Shown: positions 8,196-16,678 of the stretch, piece after piece | Layout: each line of letters opens with the position of its first letter | How positions within the stretch are numbered: position 1 is the stretch's first letter | Origin: a virus | Taxonomy: Duplodnaviria > Heunggongvirae > Uroviricota > Caudoviricetes | Virus record (IMG/VR): IMGVR_UViG_2671180892_000012 | Span: 1-25,466 of that record | DNA: 25,466 bases | Strand: one strand, 5' to 3' | Translations under genes and position numbers: made by a program | The notes under the pieces: generated by a model | Databases searched by the model: none | What the model was told of the DNA's origin: nothing | What the model saw: only the letters and a program-made list of their open reading frames with translations

Positions 8196-10205
8196 TTACA
8201 CCTGCGCAACGTTATACCATGTGCCATTGATGTATTTTTGTATCGGCCTGAAGATGGCTTCATCATCGCCATCTACTTCACCAATGATTCTTAATCCGGT
8301 AATCGTGTGTCCGGCTTTTTCATAACGACCACCTCGCGCCATCAATTGAACAACTCGCGTACCCAGGCGAACATCTTTCACATAGCGGGAATCAAAATTT
8401 CCCCAGTTGCTGGGTTGCATCTGACCGTTAACAGCAAATATTACCGAGTTATCTGTATTTCGCTGGCTATAGAAATGCCATCCGGCCTCATCGCCTAACT
8501 CTGCAACCACTGGACGGGTGGAAGCACCCCATAAATTAAAGGTAATATTCTTCGTGGATGTATTAGAGCTGGATAGCGAGAACTTTTTACTATCACCTGC
8601 CTGAATATTTTTAAAAGCAATAGCCACTCCATTCTGAAAACGGAATACACGCTGACTGTTAGCATAAACATCAAGAATACCGTCTCCATTCTGTTTAAAT
8701 CCGGTATCATTATCACCAAGAACAATAGAGCTACCACCTAGTGCATTCGTCGTACCAACTCCAAAACAGCCATTAATGACGGCATTAACAAGAATATTTA
8801 GTGCATCCCATTTCAACGTCATCAGGTCTTTTGTTGTGGTACTCTGGCGGCTTCTCCATTTGAAATATTCATTGCCGTTATCCCCCGTTTCAAACCACAT
8901 GTATGAATCAGTGTCACCATCGGCATCATTTTTAAATCCAATCTTCGCCCAGTCAGTATTTCGAATCCAGGCAAGGATTGAGTCGTTTTCAAAAGTAAGT
9001 CCACCGGACAAGGTATCGCCATTTTTTTGCACGGCGTTCCCGGCTCGGTTTACCGTTTCCTGTAAACCGAGATATTCGATAACGGCGGCAACGGTCGATT
9101 TAGCCAGAATATCCCGCCCGACTTTTGTCAGGGTCGCCAGGCTGGCAACATCATTCCCCGTAAAATACGGAAACCTGTCTGCCGCAGTAGCAAGCCCCGC
9201 TAGCGCCGTCAAAGTGGCATCTTTCGGTTGCTTACCCGCAAGCGCATTAGTCATGGTGGTAGCAAAATTCGGGTCATTGCCCAGCGCCGCCGCCAGCTCG
9301 TTCAGCGTATTCAGTGCGTCAGGCGACGAGTCTACAAGGGCGGCAATCGCGGCCATAACGAAAGCCGTGTTTGCGATCTGAGTATTATTCGTTCCCTGTC
9401 GCGCAGTTGGCGTCGTTGGCGTTCCGGTCAGTGCAGGGCTGTTCAATGGCGCTTTTTTGTTCGCTTCATCCATTACCGTCTTAACAGCTTTTGGTGTTGC
9501 GGCGAGCGTTTCAGACGTGCTGTTGGTGGCACTACTGAGCTGGACAAGGCCTTTTCGCGCTGTGGTGGCGTCCTGTGCGGTATATTTCCCGTTAGCAAGG
9601 TCATACGCGGCCTTTACCGCTTTCGGCGTTGCGGCCAGTGTTTCAGACGTGCTGTTGGTCGCACTGCTTAACTGAGTAAAACCTTTTGCGGTCAGCGAGG
9701 CGTCCGGGTGACGTCGTGACTGTTCGTGCTCTGCAATTTTGTCATCAACGTAATCCTGTGTCGCCATCACCGTTGTGGTGTCAATGGTCAGCTCCACCGA
9801 GGCCACACTGCTGACGATGATGACCATGCGACAGGTCTGCGAACGCCCTGAGCCTTCGGCAAGAGCTGGCTTATAACTTTCGGCCATGTTCGCCACGGCA
9901 ATTAACGTTCCCGCATCATCGTACAGGCCAAGCTCACGCATCCAGAAACCGCCCACCTCCGGCGGAATAACCAGCTCTGCGATAATATAATTACTGTTTC
10001 GTTTGTCCTGGCTGATTTTGTTCAGCGTATGTCGCCAGACTTCGTGGATAAGCCCAGTCTGTCCGGCATCCGGGACAGGCAATTTACCACCGCCATCCCC
10101 GACGGCCATCGTGGTAATGTTGACCTTCCGCCCTCCCGGTGCGGTTGCCGCTGCCAGCTTTGCTGCACCGGCAGTGGTGATAACGGTTTTGAATTTTGTG
10201 CTCAT
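8196..10205 (-). CDS. H: Tail fibre protein H, 669 aa
   Basis: 669-aa ORF; internal repeated motif LSSATNSTSETLAATPKAVK typical of P2 H-type fibres; position I-H-G. Confidence 0.85.
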   Translation of the reverse strand: MSTKFKTVITTAGAAKLAAATAPGGRKVNITTMAVGDGGGKLPVPDAGQTGLIHEVWRHTLNKISQDKRNSNYIIAELVIPPEVGGFWMRELGLYDDAGTLIAVANMAESYKPALAEGSGRSQTCRMVIIVSSVASVELTIDTTTVMATQDYVDDKIAEHEQSRRHPDASLTAKGFTQLSSATNSTSETLAATPKAVKAAYDLANGKYTAQDATTARKGLVQLSSATNSTSETLAATPKAVKTVMDEANKKAPLNSPALTGTPTTPTARQGTNNTQIANTAFVMAAIAALVDSSPDALNTLNELAAALGNDPNFATTMTNALAGKQPKDATLTALAGLATAADRFPYFTGNDVASLATLTKVGRDILAKSTVAAVIEYLGLQETVNRAGNAVQKNGDTLSGGLTFENDSILAWIRNTDWAKIGFKNDADGDTDSYMWFETGDNGNEYFKWRSRQSTTTKDLMTLKWDALNILVNAVINGCFGVGTTNALGGSSIVLGDNDTGFKQNGDGILDVYANSQRVFRFQNGVAIAFKNIQAGDSKKFSLSSSNTSTKNITFNLWGASTRPVVAELGDEAGWHFYSQRNTDNSVIFAVNGQMQPSNWGNFDSRYVKDVRLGTRVVQLMARGGRYEKAGHTITGLRIIGEVDGDDEAIFRPIQKYINGTWYNVAQV
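9487..9675. repeat. In-frame direct repeat inside H, about 132-nt period (44 codons), two copies
   Basis: gtttcagacgtgctgttggt occurs at 9508-9527 and 9640-9659 with similar flanks; on the coding strand this duplicates the ...QLSSATNSTSETLAATPKAVK... segment. Confidence 0.6.
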
Positions 10206-10215
10206 TATTCCTCAC

Positions 10216-10746
10216 TTATCCGGGGTAAACCGTAATTACATCGCCGTCGTAAGCCACACCACCGGCGAACAGGTAGCCGGGAATGTCCCGGGTAATGTTC
10301 AGGCCAATAAGATGACGGCTTGCAGGTTTGGCATCAGCAATAAGCCGTTCCATTTCCTGATACATTGCCTCTGTGATACCGCTTTCCAGTACACCAATAT
10401 CAAGCCGGAAGGTGCCGGGCGGGTCACTGGTTTCCCACCACTCCGTCACGTTGATGAGATAGCCCAGCGGCTCCACCACACGCCGGATTGCACCTATAGT
10501 GCCTTTATGACAGTGGATGAAATAGGCATCGCGAATAACGGCGCGTTTGGTCGCTTCCGGCCACTTTTCATCCCATCTGTCGACCGAAAACGCCCACGCC
10601 AGCCACGGCAGCAGATTTGCCGGGCAGGTGTCCGGGTTCCACAGCTCACGAATACTGACCGGCGTTTTTTCAATTTCCGCACAGGCTTTTGCGGCGGCGA
10701 CTTCAAGCGGTGATGAGCCGGTCGGCAGCAGTCGCGAATCACTCAT
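10216..10746 (-). CDS. I: Baseplate assembly protein I, 176 aa
   Basis: 176-aa ORF, ATG start, between J and H; length equals P2 gpI. Confidence 0.8.
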   Translation of the reverse strand: MSDSRLLPTGSSPLEVAAAKACAEIEKTPVSIRELWNPDTCPANLLPWLAWAFSVDRWDEKWPEATKRAVIRDAYFIHCHKGTIGAIRRVVEPLGYLINVTEWWETSDPPGTFRLDIGVLESGITEAMYQEMERLIADAKPASRHLIGLNITRDIPGYLFAGGVAYDGDVITVYPG

Positions 10747-11647
10747 CCGAGCCTCCGGTCACGACGCGGTATTCGGTACAGAAAGACGCCTGCGTACTGT
10801 TGAGCACGATGTCAGCCAGTGGTGCAGCCAGTTCGACACGCTGCACGCCTTCCACATGCAAAGCGGCATAAATGGCAGACAGACGGATGTCGCGCCCCAG
10901 CCGGTGCTGTGCCGTGATATACGCTTCCAGTTTTTTCACGGCGGCAGCGCGAATGGGTTCGCTTTCGGGACCAGGGTAAAGGTAAAGCGTGGCGTTTATC
11001 TGGTATTCAACAATGGCGGCAGACTGCACGGTCACGCGGTCGGCTACCGGCCTGACGTCCTCGCCATTAAGGGCATTACGCACCACGGCCAGCAGGTCTT
11101 CGGATGCGACACCGTTATTTTCACGTGACAGCACGGAGATAGTGACGCAGGCCGGAGACGGACTGGTGACAGAGATATCCGCGACACGCCCGTCAGCACT
11201 GCGTCCATGATACTGATAGGCACCCACCGACCCGGCGACGCTTAAACCTTCAAACGCCTGCTGAATACGCAGACGATAATCGGTGTCAGACTCCATCACT
11301 GCCGGTGTCGGCGGGATGGTCGAATCATCTGCCGGGGTGATAGTCAGGCGCGTGGTGTTGTAATTGGCACCAATCACATCAAGGTCATTACCGGCGGCAC
11401 AGGCCAGCATCACCGCCCGCGCAGCCTCATTCACACGCTGACGCCAGATAAGCTCACGATAAGCATTTTCCTCCAGCAGTTTGACGAGAGGCTCAGATTC
11501 CAGTGTCAGGGTACGGGCGACCGCCTCCTGCTGGTCTTCCGGGTAAAGGGAAATCAGTGTCGCCTTGCGTTCGGCAAGAATGGTTTCAAAGTCCAGCTCC
11601 TCGACCACATCCGGTGCGGGTAGCTGGTTCAGGTCGATAATCGGCAT
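10739..11647 (-). CDS. J: Baseplate wedge protein J, 302 aa
   Basis: 302-aa ORF, ATG start, synteny W-J-I; length equals P2 gpJ. Confidence 0.85.
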   Translation of the reverse strand: MPIIDLNQLPAPDVVEELDFETILAERKATLISLYPEDQQEAVARTLTLESEPLVKLLEENAYRELIWRQRVNEAARAVMLACAAGNDLDVIGANYNTTRLTITPADDSTIPPTPAVMESDTDYRLRIQQAFEGLSVAGSVGAYQYHGRSADGRVADISVTSPSPACVTISVLSRENNGVASEDLLAVVRNALNGEDVRPVADRVTVQSAAIVEYQINATLYLYPGPESEPIRAAAVKKLEAYITAQHRLGRDIRLSAIYAALHVEGVQRVELAAPLADIVLNSTQASFCTEYRVVTGGSDE

Positions 11648-11651
11648 GGTT

Positions 11652-11999
11652 TCAACTCACAGGGATGGTTAATGAAAGTGGCTGGCCGGTGTCGTTGTGC
11701 TGGCCGGTTAACGTGACCGTCATTCGCCCGTCAAAACTGCGCGCCGTGGTGACGGATGACAGGGTGACGCGGGGTTCCCATTTCAGCACCGCCATGTAAC
11801 AGGCGACCTTAATCTGCAACTCAAGCGCCGGGGTCTGCGGCTGGTCAAACATTGACGCCAGCAACGAGCCGTAATCACGACGCATCACCCGTGAGCCAAC
11901 CGGCGTGCGCAGGATATCGCCGATACTCTGGCTGATATGCTCAAGGTCAGTGACAGTCAGGCCATCACTGCGATTCATTCCGAGATAACGCGCAGTCAT
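11652..11999 (-). CDS. W: Baseplate protein W, 115 aa
   Basis: 115-aa ORF, ATG start; its start overlaps the V stop; length equals P2 gpW. Confidence 0.8.
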   Translation of the reverse strand: MTARYLGMNRSDGLTVTDLEHISQSIGDILRTPVGSRVMRRDYGSLLASMFDQPQTPALELQIKVACYMAVLKWEPRVTLSSVTTARSFDGRMTVTLTGQHNDTGQPLSLTIPVS

Positions 12000-12631
12000 A
12001 GAGGTCCCCCGGTTGTGCCGCCGCTGTCGCCGGGGTGTTTATGGGTATGCAGTACCTTACCGTTTGATGAGAGTTCACCGCCGGTGTGTTCAATGTTGCC
12101 GCGCATCGTCCCGCCCTTCTGCACTTCCAGCGTGCCGGTAATCAGCCTGTTGGTGCAGACCACCTCCGGTGTGTCCAGGGTAACGCGGGTTGATGCTTTC
12201 ACCGTGACCACCGGCACCGTGGCAGTAACAGAATCAGAAGCCGTCACGCTGGCCGTTTTAATTCCGCTTACCGTGAGTGCACTGGTTTCGGGTTCGTACT
12301 CAATCACCGCCCCGTCAGGGAAACGGATATGCAGGGCATCCGCCGACGCAGACGGCGCGGGGTTATCGCCGGAATAAATCCCCGGCAGAACGAACGCGGT
12401 GTCGAGTTCGCCGCCCACGGACAGAATCAGCACCTGTTCCCCCTCGGAAGGTGCCCACCACGTGCGCGAACGACCGGCGCGATGGGTCAGCCACTGAAGC
12501 CAGTCGGTGCACATGCCGCCAGTCTGCACACGGCAGCGACCGGCGTTAAGGTCGGTTTCGACGACAAGACCGGTGCGGATCATATTGCGCAGTGCGCGCG
12601 CGAGTTCCTGAATATTTGCGAGAGTGTTCAT
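11996..12631 (-). CDS. V: Baseplate hub/spike protein V, 211 aa
   Basis: ORF-track start at 12649 is TTG; the ATG at 12631 gives MNTLANIQELARALRN... and the 211-aa P2 gpV length. Confidence 0.8.
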   Translation of the reverse strand: MNTLANIQELARALRNMIRTGLVVETDLNAGRCRVQTGGMCTDWLQWLTHRAGRSRTWWAPSEGEQVLILSVGGELDTAFVLPGIYSGDNPAPSASADALHIRFPDGAVIEYEPETSALTVSGIKTASVTASDSVTATVPVVTVKASTRVTLDTPEVVCTNRLITGTLEVQKGGTMRGNIEHTGGELSSNGKVLHTHKHPGDSGGTTGGPL

Positions 12632-12714
12632 GCATGTGAGATTGCACAATATATAAAAGTTATGCTATCTGGATTCATTTGTAGAACCACCAGACAACAT
12701 TCAAGGAGAGCATA

Positions 12715-13500
12715 ATGGTCAGCTATAATGTGACTAATGTGTGGGAGCTAATCGTTTTGTATCTTTTGGTCTTTGCAGTATTAGCATTTTTTTGCTTTGG
12801 TAAAAGTAACCTTATGAGGCTTATTGCACATTATTTCAAATTTGGATATTCAGACAAAAAATTAAAAAGACTGGACCGCGAGTGGCGCGACATTCAACTA
12901 TTTAAAACACTTAACGGAATCAATGTATCAGGCATCGAAGATGTGAGAATGATACAGCAGGGGCTGATTGATGGAAAACTAAAAACATCGGATTTTTTCC
13001 TTACTCGCTTCTGGGGAGACATAACAGAACCGCTATGCATCACAAAAACAATGAGTGCAGTCCTGGCCGGAATTCTTTATATTATCTTCGCATGTTACAT
13101 ACACAATGAACAATCCGCTATAGTAAGGGATGCCATAGGTATACCATATAAAAATATGATGTACTATGTTTATAGTGACAAAGTTCTTTTATCCTTCAAA
13201 AATAAAACAGTTGAATTTAATAAAACTTATAGCCTTGCCGATTGCAAGAGTCTGCAAAACGTATTTATAAAAGACACACTTCCTGAGATCGCCTGCAATA
13301 AGCTCTTACAGCTAAACGAGGAGGACTCCGAATGGTTAAGTCAGGAGATTAAAGATAATAACAGCCACAGAAAAACATTATTAATACTATCCCTCGTCTA
13401 TTTCATTTCAGGTTTGCTTATATTCCTGTCATATACAAAATTCCTTTACGCCAATAAGAAGGTTTTAGAATACAAAGCATCAAATAAAAACCACTCATAA
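12715..13500 (+). CDS. Hypothetical polytopic membrane protein (261 aa) at the P2 orf30 cargo position
   Basis: ATG with AAGGAGAG RBS; three hydrophobic segments (LIVLYLLVFAVLAFFCF; AVLAGILYIIFACYI; LLILSLVYFISGLLIFLSY); AT-rich; opposite strand to flanking V and S; followed by a strong hairpin. Confidence 0.6.
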   Translation: MVSYNVTNVWELIVLYLLVFAVLAFFCFGKSNLMRLIAHYFKFGYSDKKLKRLDREWRDIQLFKTLNGINVSGIEDVRMIQQGLIDGKLKTSDFFLTRFWGDITEPLCITKTMSAVLAGILYIIFACYIHNEQSAIVRDAIGIPYKNMMYYVYSDKVLLSFKNKTVEFNKTYSLADCKSLQNVFIKDTLPEIACNKLLQLNEEDSEWLSQEIKDNNSHRKTLLILSLVYFISGLLIFLSYTKFLYANKKVLEYKASNKNHS

Positions 13501-13506
13501 ACCTCT

Positions 13507-13541
13507 AAACATTGAGCGACCAGCACGGCCGCTCAATGTTT
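13507..13541. terminator. Bidirectional rho-independent terminator candidate (12-bp stem aaacattgagcg / cgctcaatgttt)
   Basis: Perfect 12-bp inverted repeat with 11-nt loop, followed by TTTAATT on plus; lies between the convergent cargo gene and S. Confidence 0.5.
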
Positions 13542-13571
13542 AATTGCGCATCAGCCTCTGCCTGGATAAAA

Positions 13572-14024
13572 CTAACGCTCAAGGTGAGCCAGGATAATCT
13601 CTTCAATCATCTGCACATCCTCACCGGTAAAGCCGAGCAGAGGACGCGCCGGATAATCAATTTTCTTACCGTCTTTCCGGGTTTCTTCCGACAGACCGAA
13701 CTGATGCACACTGGCGATTTTCGGCGACTTCCCGCCGTAAAATTCCATTGATGCCTGTTCCGGGCTGGCGCGGATATGCAAAAAACGACTGGTGATAAGT
13801 TTCGCAAACATTTTTCGCTTAACACGACCGGTCTTTTTTCTGGCGATCTGCTGCTGGCGTGGCGCGTAGGGTGTGCCGTCCGGGGCTTTCTGTGCCATCA
13901 CCCGACGCTGCTGACTCTGACGCAGACGTTTCGCCAGTTCGGCACTCAGTCGCCGACGCCCTGACGGTGACAGCGATTCAATAAGTCCGGTCAGCCGGTC
14001 TTCAAAACGCTTAAACTCATTCAT
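13572..14024 (-). CDS. S: Tail completion protein S, 150 aa
   Basis: 150-aa ORF, ATG start, synteny R-S; length equals P2 gpS. Confidence 0.8.
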   Translation of the reverse strand: MNEFKRFEDRLTGLIESLSPSGRRRLSAELAKRLRQSQQRRVMAQKAPDGTPYAPRQQQIARKKTGRVKRKMFAKLITSRFLHIRASPEQASMEFYGGKSPKIASVHQFGLSEETRKDGKKIDYPARPLLGFTGEDVQMIEEIILAHLER

Positions 14025-14484
14025 CCCACTTGCTCACCAGTTCGCCATTGATATAAAGCTCCATCGGGCGGGTGACCGGCTCCGGCGGCGGGGGTTCCGG
14101 GATATTCTTCACATGCAGCGCGCCATCCACCTCACTGACCAGCGTGCGCTCGGTCAGCATCAGGCTGATGCTGATATCAAAGCTGCTGTCATTGTTGATG
14201 TCTGCATAAAACGTGAAGCCCTTTTTCTGGCCTTCGTCGGTGGTCATGATGTCGGGCTGATTTTCCCGCAGCCACGCCAGCACCGGCACGATGAGCAGGT
14301 CAAAATCACCGGTAAAGTCGGTCACAATGACATTGAGCGTGTAACGCTTTTCAAATGACAGCGACGTCGCCAGTGTGGAGGCAATACTCCCGTTATCCAC
14401 GAATATCCGCAGCATCTCGGGACTGGTTTTCAGCACCGTGACGGCATCAGTCAGCGCCCTGCGCAGGCTGTCGGGTTTGAGCAT
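14017..14484 (-). CDS. R: Tail completion protein R, 155 aa
   Basis: 155-aa ORF, ATG start, downstream of the lysis genes; length equals P2 gpR. Confidence 0.8.
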   Translation of the reverse strand: MLKPDSLRRALTDAVTVLKTSPEMLRIFVDNGSIASTLATSLSFEKRYTLNVIVTDFTGDFDLLIVPVLAWLRENQPDIMTTDEGQKKGFTFYADINNDSSFDISISLMLTERTLVSEVDGALHVKNIPEPPPPEPVTRPMELYINGELVSKWDE

Positions 14485-14737
14485 CGTTTTCGTCCTGACA
14501 GTGTTTAATCATTTTTACCTGGCTGGCACAGCGTGCCAGCGCGTTCTCAAGCTGCCGGATATCGGCACTTAAATCGCCGTTCGTCTCCGGGTCACTGCCC
14601 GGCATCGGGCAAAGGCTCACTTTCGGGCAGGCGTTGGCGACAATCACTGGCGTCTGCGCAGGCGGGGCGCTGGTGCAACCGGCGCACAGCATCAGGCAGG
14701 TCAGCACCGTACCAGTGGCGGAAATCTTCGTTTTCAT
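14447..14737 (-). CDS. lysC: LysC, Rz1-like outer-membrane lipoprotein spanin (about 96 aa), embedded in another frame of lysB and running into R
   Basis: Internal ATG at 14737 gives MKTKISATGTVLTCLMLCAGCTSAPP..., a lipoprotein signal peptide with a lipobox (LCAGC); +1-frame overlap with lysB as in P2. Confidence 0.6.
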   Translation of the reverse strand: MKTKISATGTVLTCLMLCAGCTSAPPAQTPVIVANACPKVSLCPMPGSDPETNGDLSADIRQLENALARCASQVKMIKHCQDENDAQTRQPAQGAD

Positions 14738-15017
14738 TGAGTAACCTCGTGATGGTTTTCTCGCGCTGTGCTTCACGCTTCGCGGCGTTCTCCAGTTCCT
14801 GACGCAGTGCCACCTGCGCCAGCTCGTTTTTGTCTGCCCTGGTGAGGGCAACATGAAGCTGATTTTTCAGCATGGTGATGGTCGTCTGCTGTTCACTGGC
14901 GACGTTATTCGCCCTGTCCAGCGAGGCGCGCAGGCTGTCATTTTTGTGTTTCACCAGAAACAGACCGGCCACCGCCAGCGATAACAACACAACCAGCACA
15001 GTCATCAGCTTTGACAT
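14592..15017 (-). CDS. lysB: LysB, Rz-like inner-membrane spanin, 141 aa
   Basis: N-terminal transmembrane helix (LMTVLVVLLSLAVAGLFLV) followed by a charged helical periplasmic domain; length and position match P2 LysB. Confidence 0.75.
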   Translation of the reverse strand: MSKLMTVLVVLLSLAVAGLFLVKHKNDSLRASLDRANNVASEQQTTITMLKNQLHVALTRADKNELAQVALRQELENAAKREAQREKTITRLLNENEDFRHWYGADLPDAVRRLHQRPACADASDCRQRLPESEPLPDAGQ

Positions 15018-15430
15018 GGTTCCCGCCCCTCAATACGCTGACGGCAGGCCGTGCGTATCAGCCGGAAAAACAGCGACGTCATGAGATAAATCAGCGCGGT
15101 AAAAATCCACCCGGCAGCAATCAGCGAGACAAACGTCGCCACCATCACCACCAGAGCCGCCGCCCGTCTGCGCCACGGCACCGGCTGCAAAAACAGCGAC
15201 GTGACAATCTGCACGGCCAGCGATTCCGGCGGCAGCTCCCGCCCGTAGCGTTCCAGTACATACTCCGTGGCATACACGCCGACACCACCGGCAACCACAC
15301 AGATAACCGTCGCCAGAATCGCCCAGGCAGCGACAAAATTGACGGCCACGCTCTGCGGGTAAATCAGGGACAGTGCCGGCATCAGCGCCAGCGACACGTT
15401 CAGCATCAGTGAAAGGGATAATTTCTTCAT
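15005..15430 (-). CDS. lysA: LysA, lysis-timing membrane protein, 141 aa
   Basis: 141-aa ORF with several hydrophobic helices; position between K and lysB as in P2. Confidence 0.75.
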   Translation of the reverse strand: MKKLSLSLMLNVSLALMPALSLIYPQSVAVNFVAAWAILATVICVVAGGVGVYATEYVLERYGRELPPESLAVQIVTSLFLQPVPWRRRAAALVVMVATFVSLIAAGWIFTALIYLMTSLFFRLIRTACRQRIEGREPCQS

Positions 15431-15444
15431 GGTGTTTACTCCGT

Positions 15445-15684
15445 TTAAGCCGGTACGCCGCCGGCGGTACGCCAGACGGTGACCAGTTTTTCCAGTGAAT
15501 GCTCACGCTGACCGTAACCGGCACCCGGCAGGGACGCCCAGATATTGCGACAGCGTGAAATGGCGCGCTCAATGCGTCCCGCCCGGATGTCATCCAGTGC
15601 ACCGCGTTCGCGGATCAACTGAATGGCGAGTCTGTCCTGTGACAACGGACTGAAATCCGGCAGGGCAAGCTGTTTGCGGTAAGG
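15445..15684 (-). pseudogene. K: 3' fragment of endolysin gene K (C-terminal ~80 codons only, no start codon)
   Basis: Open frame reads ...PYRKQLALPDFSPLSQDRLAIQLIRERGALDDIRAGRIERAISRCRNIWASLPGAGYGQREHSLEKLVTVWRTAGGVPA and is closed upstream by a stop at 15685-15687; the ORF-track M at 15645 is a TTG; the N-terminal catalytic part is absent. Confidence 0.6.
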
Positions 15685-16352
15685 TCATCAGACTGGAAAC
15701 CTCACCGGCAAAATATACCCGCCGTGGCGTGGAGGAGGATGTTTACTGGTGGGTGCCGTCCTTCAACGAGCCGACAGCCTTCACGCCCGGCTCCGTGTTT
15801 CACCTGCTGGAGCCGGATATCAATCAGGAGCTGTACGGCCTGCCGGAATATCTCAGCGCCCTTAATTCTGCCTGGCTGAATGAATCAGCCACACTGTTCC
15901 GCCGCAAGTATTACGAAAACGGCGCTCATGCCGGATACATCATGTACGTCACTGATGCCGTGCAGGATCGCAACGATATCGAAATGCTCCGCGAAAACAT
16001 GGTGAAGTCGAAAGGCCGCAACAACTTTAAAAACCTGTTTCTCTATGCACCACAGGGAAAAGCCGACGGCATTAAAATTATCCCGCTCAGTGAAGTGGCA
16101 ACGAAGGACGATTTTTTTAATATCAAAAAAGCCAGCGCCGCTGACCTGCTGGACGCGCACCGCATCCCCTTTCAGTTAATGGGCGGCAAGCCGGAGAACG
16201 TCGGGTCACTGGGCGATATTGAGAAAGTGGCAAAGGTCTTTGTCCGCAATGAGCTTATCCCGTTACAGGACAGGATTCGGGAAATAAACGGCTGGCTCGG
16301 TCAGGAGGTCATCCGCTTTAAAAACTACTCACTGGACACTGACAACGGCTGA
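15654..16352 (+). pseudogene. Q: 3' fragment of portal gene Q (about 230 C-terminal codons, no proper start)
   Basis: Frame is open from 15654; ORF-track start at 15729 is GTG; convergent with the late operon and ends about 170 nt before cos, as expected for the Q 3' end; identification as portal is from memory of P2 Q and synteny. Confidence 0.55.
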
Positions 16353-16357
16353 ACATC

Positions 16358-16379
16358 GCCGCCTGCGGGCGGCTTTTTT
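16358..16379 (+). terminator. Rho-independent terminator after the Q fragment (stem gccgcc/ggcggc, loop tgcg, then TTTTTT)
   Basis: Read directly from the sequence, immediately 3' of the Q stop. Confidence 0.5.
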
Positions 16380-16522
16380 ACACCCCCGTCATCACGCCCT
16401 CACACGCTCTCCACCGCACAAAACAGCCCGCAGGCAAACCAACGCCCCGGCGCACAATCTAAACGCTATCACGACGCGCTCAGACGCTGAAAAAATAAAA
16501 TCAGCACCACCGCCAGCGCGCA

Positions 16523-16541
16523 GTGCTTTCCCCGCCTCGCC
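16523..16541 (-). other. cos cohesive-end sequence (minus strand GGCGAGGCGGGGAAAGCAC)
   Basis: Plus strand gtgctttccccgcctcgcc is the reverse complement of the 19-nt P2 cohesive end as I remember it; located between Q and the old-position cargo, as in P2. Confidence 0.6.
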
Positions 16542-16647
16542 CGCCCGCTTCATGGGTCGGTTTTAATGCAGTTGCATAAACATAGTACAAGCGCGCCAGT
16601 CAAGCCTAGCGCACATACATAGAGAACGTATTTAAACATGCAAAATG

Positions 16648-16666
16648 ATGCACCCTATAGGTGCAT
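16648..16666 (-). terminator. Hairpin (atgcacc / ggtgcat, 5-nt loop) just downstream of the cargo operon; possible terminator
   Basis: 7-bp inverted repeat 13 nt after the stop of the 333-aa gene; minus strand continues CATTTTG. Confidence 0.3.
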
Positions 16667-16678
16667 TCATATTAAACA

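Noticed and set aside
9228-9675. 147-aa and 72-aa plus-strand ORFs with internal repeats
   Set aside because: Antisense to tail-fibre gene H; the repeat is the H tandem duplication read in the wrong frame
12277-12715. Arginine-rich plus-strand ORFs (90 and 128 aa) inside V
   Set aside because: Antisense to V; arginine-rich because they are reverse reads of GC-rich codons
15030-15602. 190-aa minus-strand ORF overlapping lysA and the K fragment
   Set aside because: Alternative frame across lysA (Cys/Arg/Gly-rich); lysA and K are the supported frames
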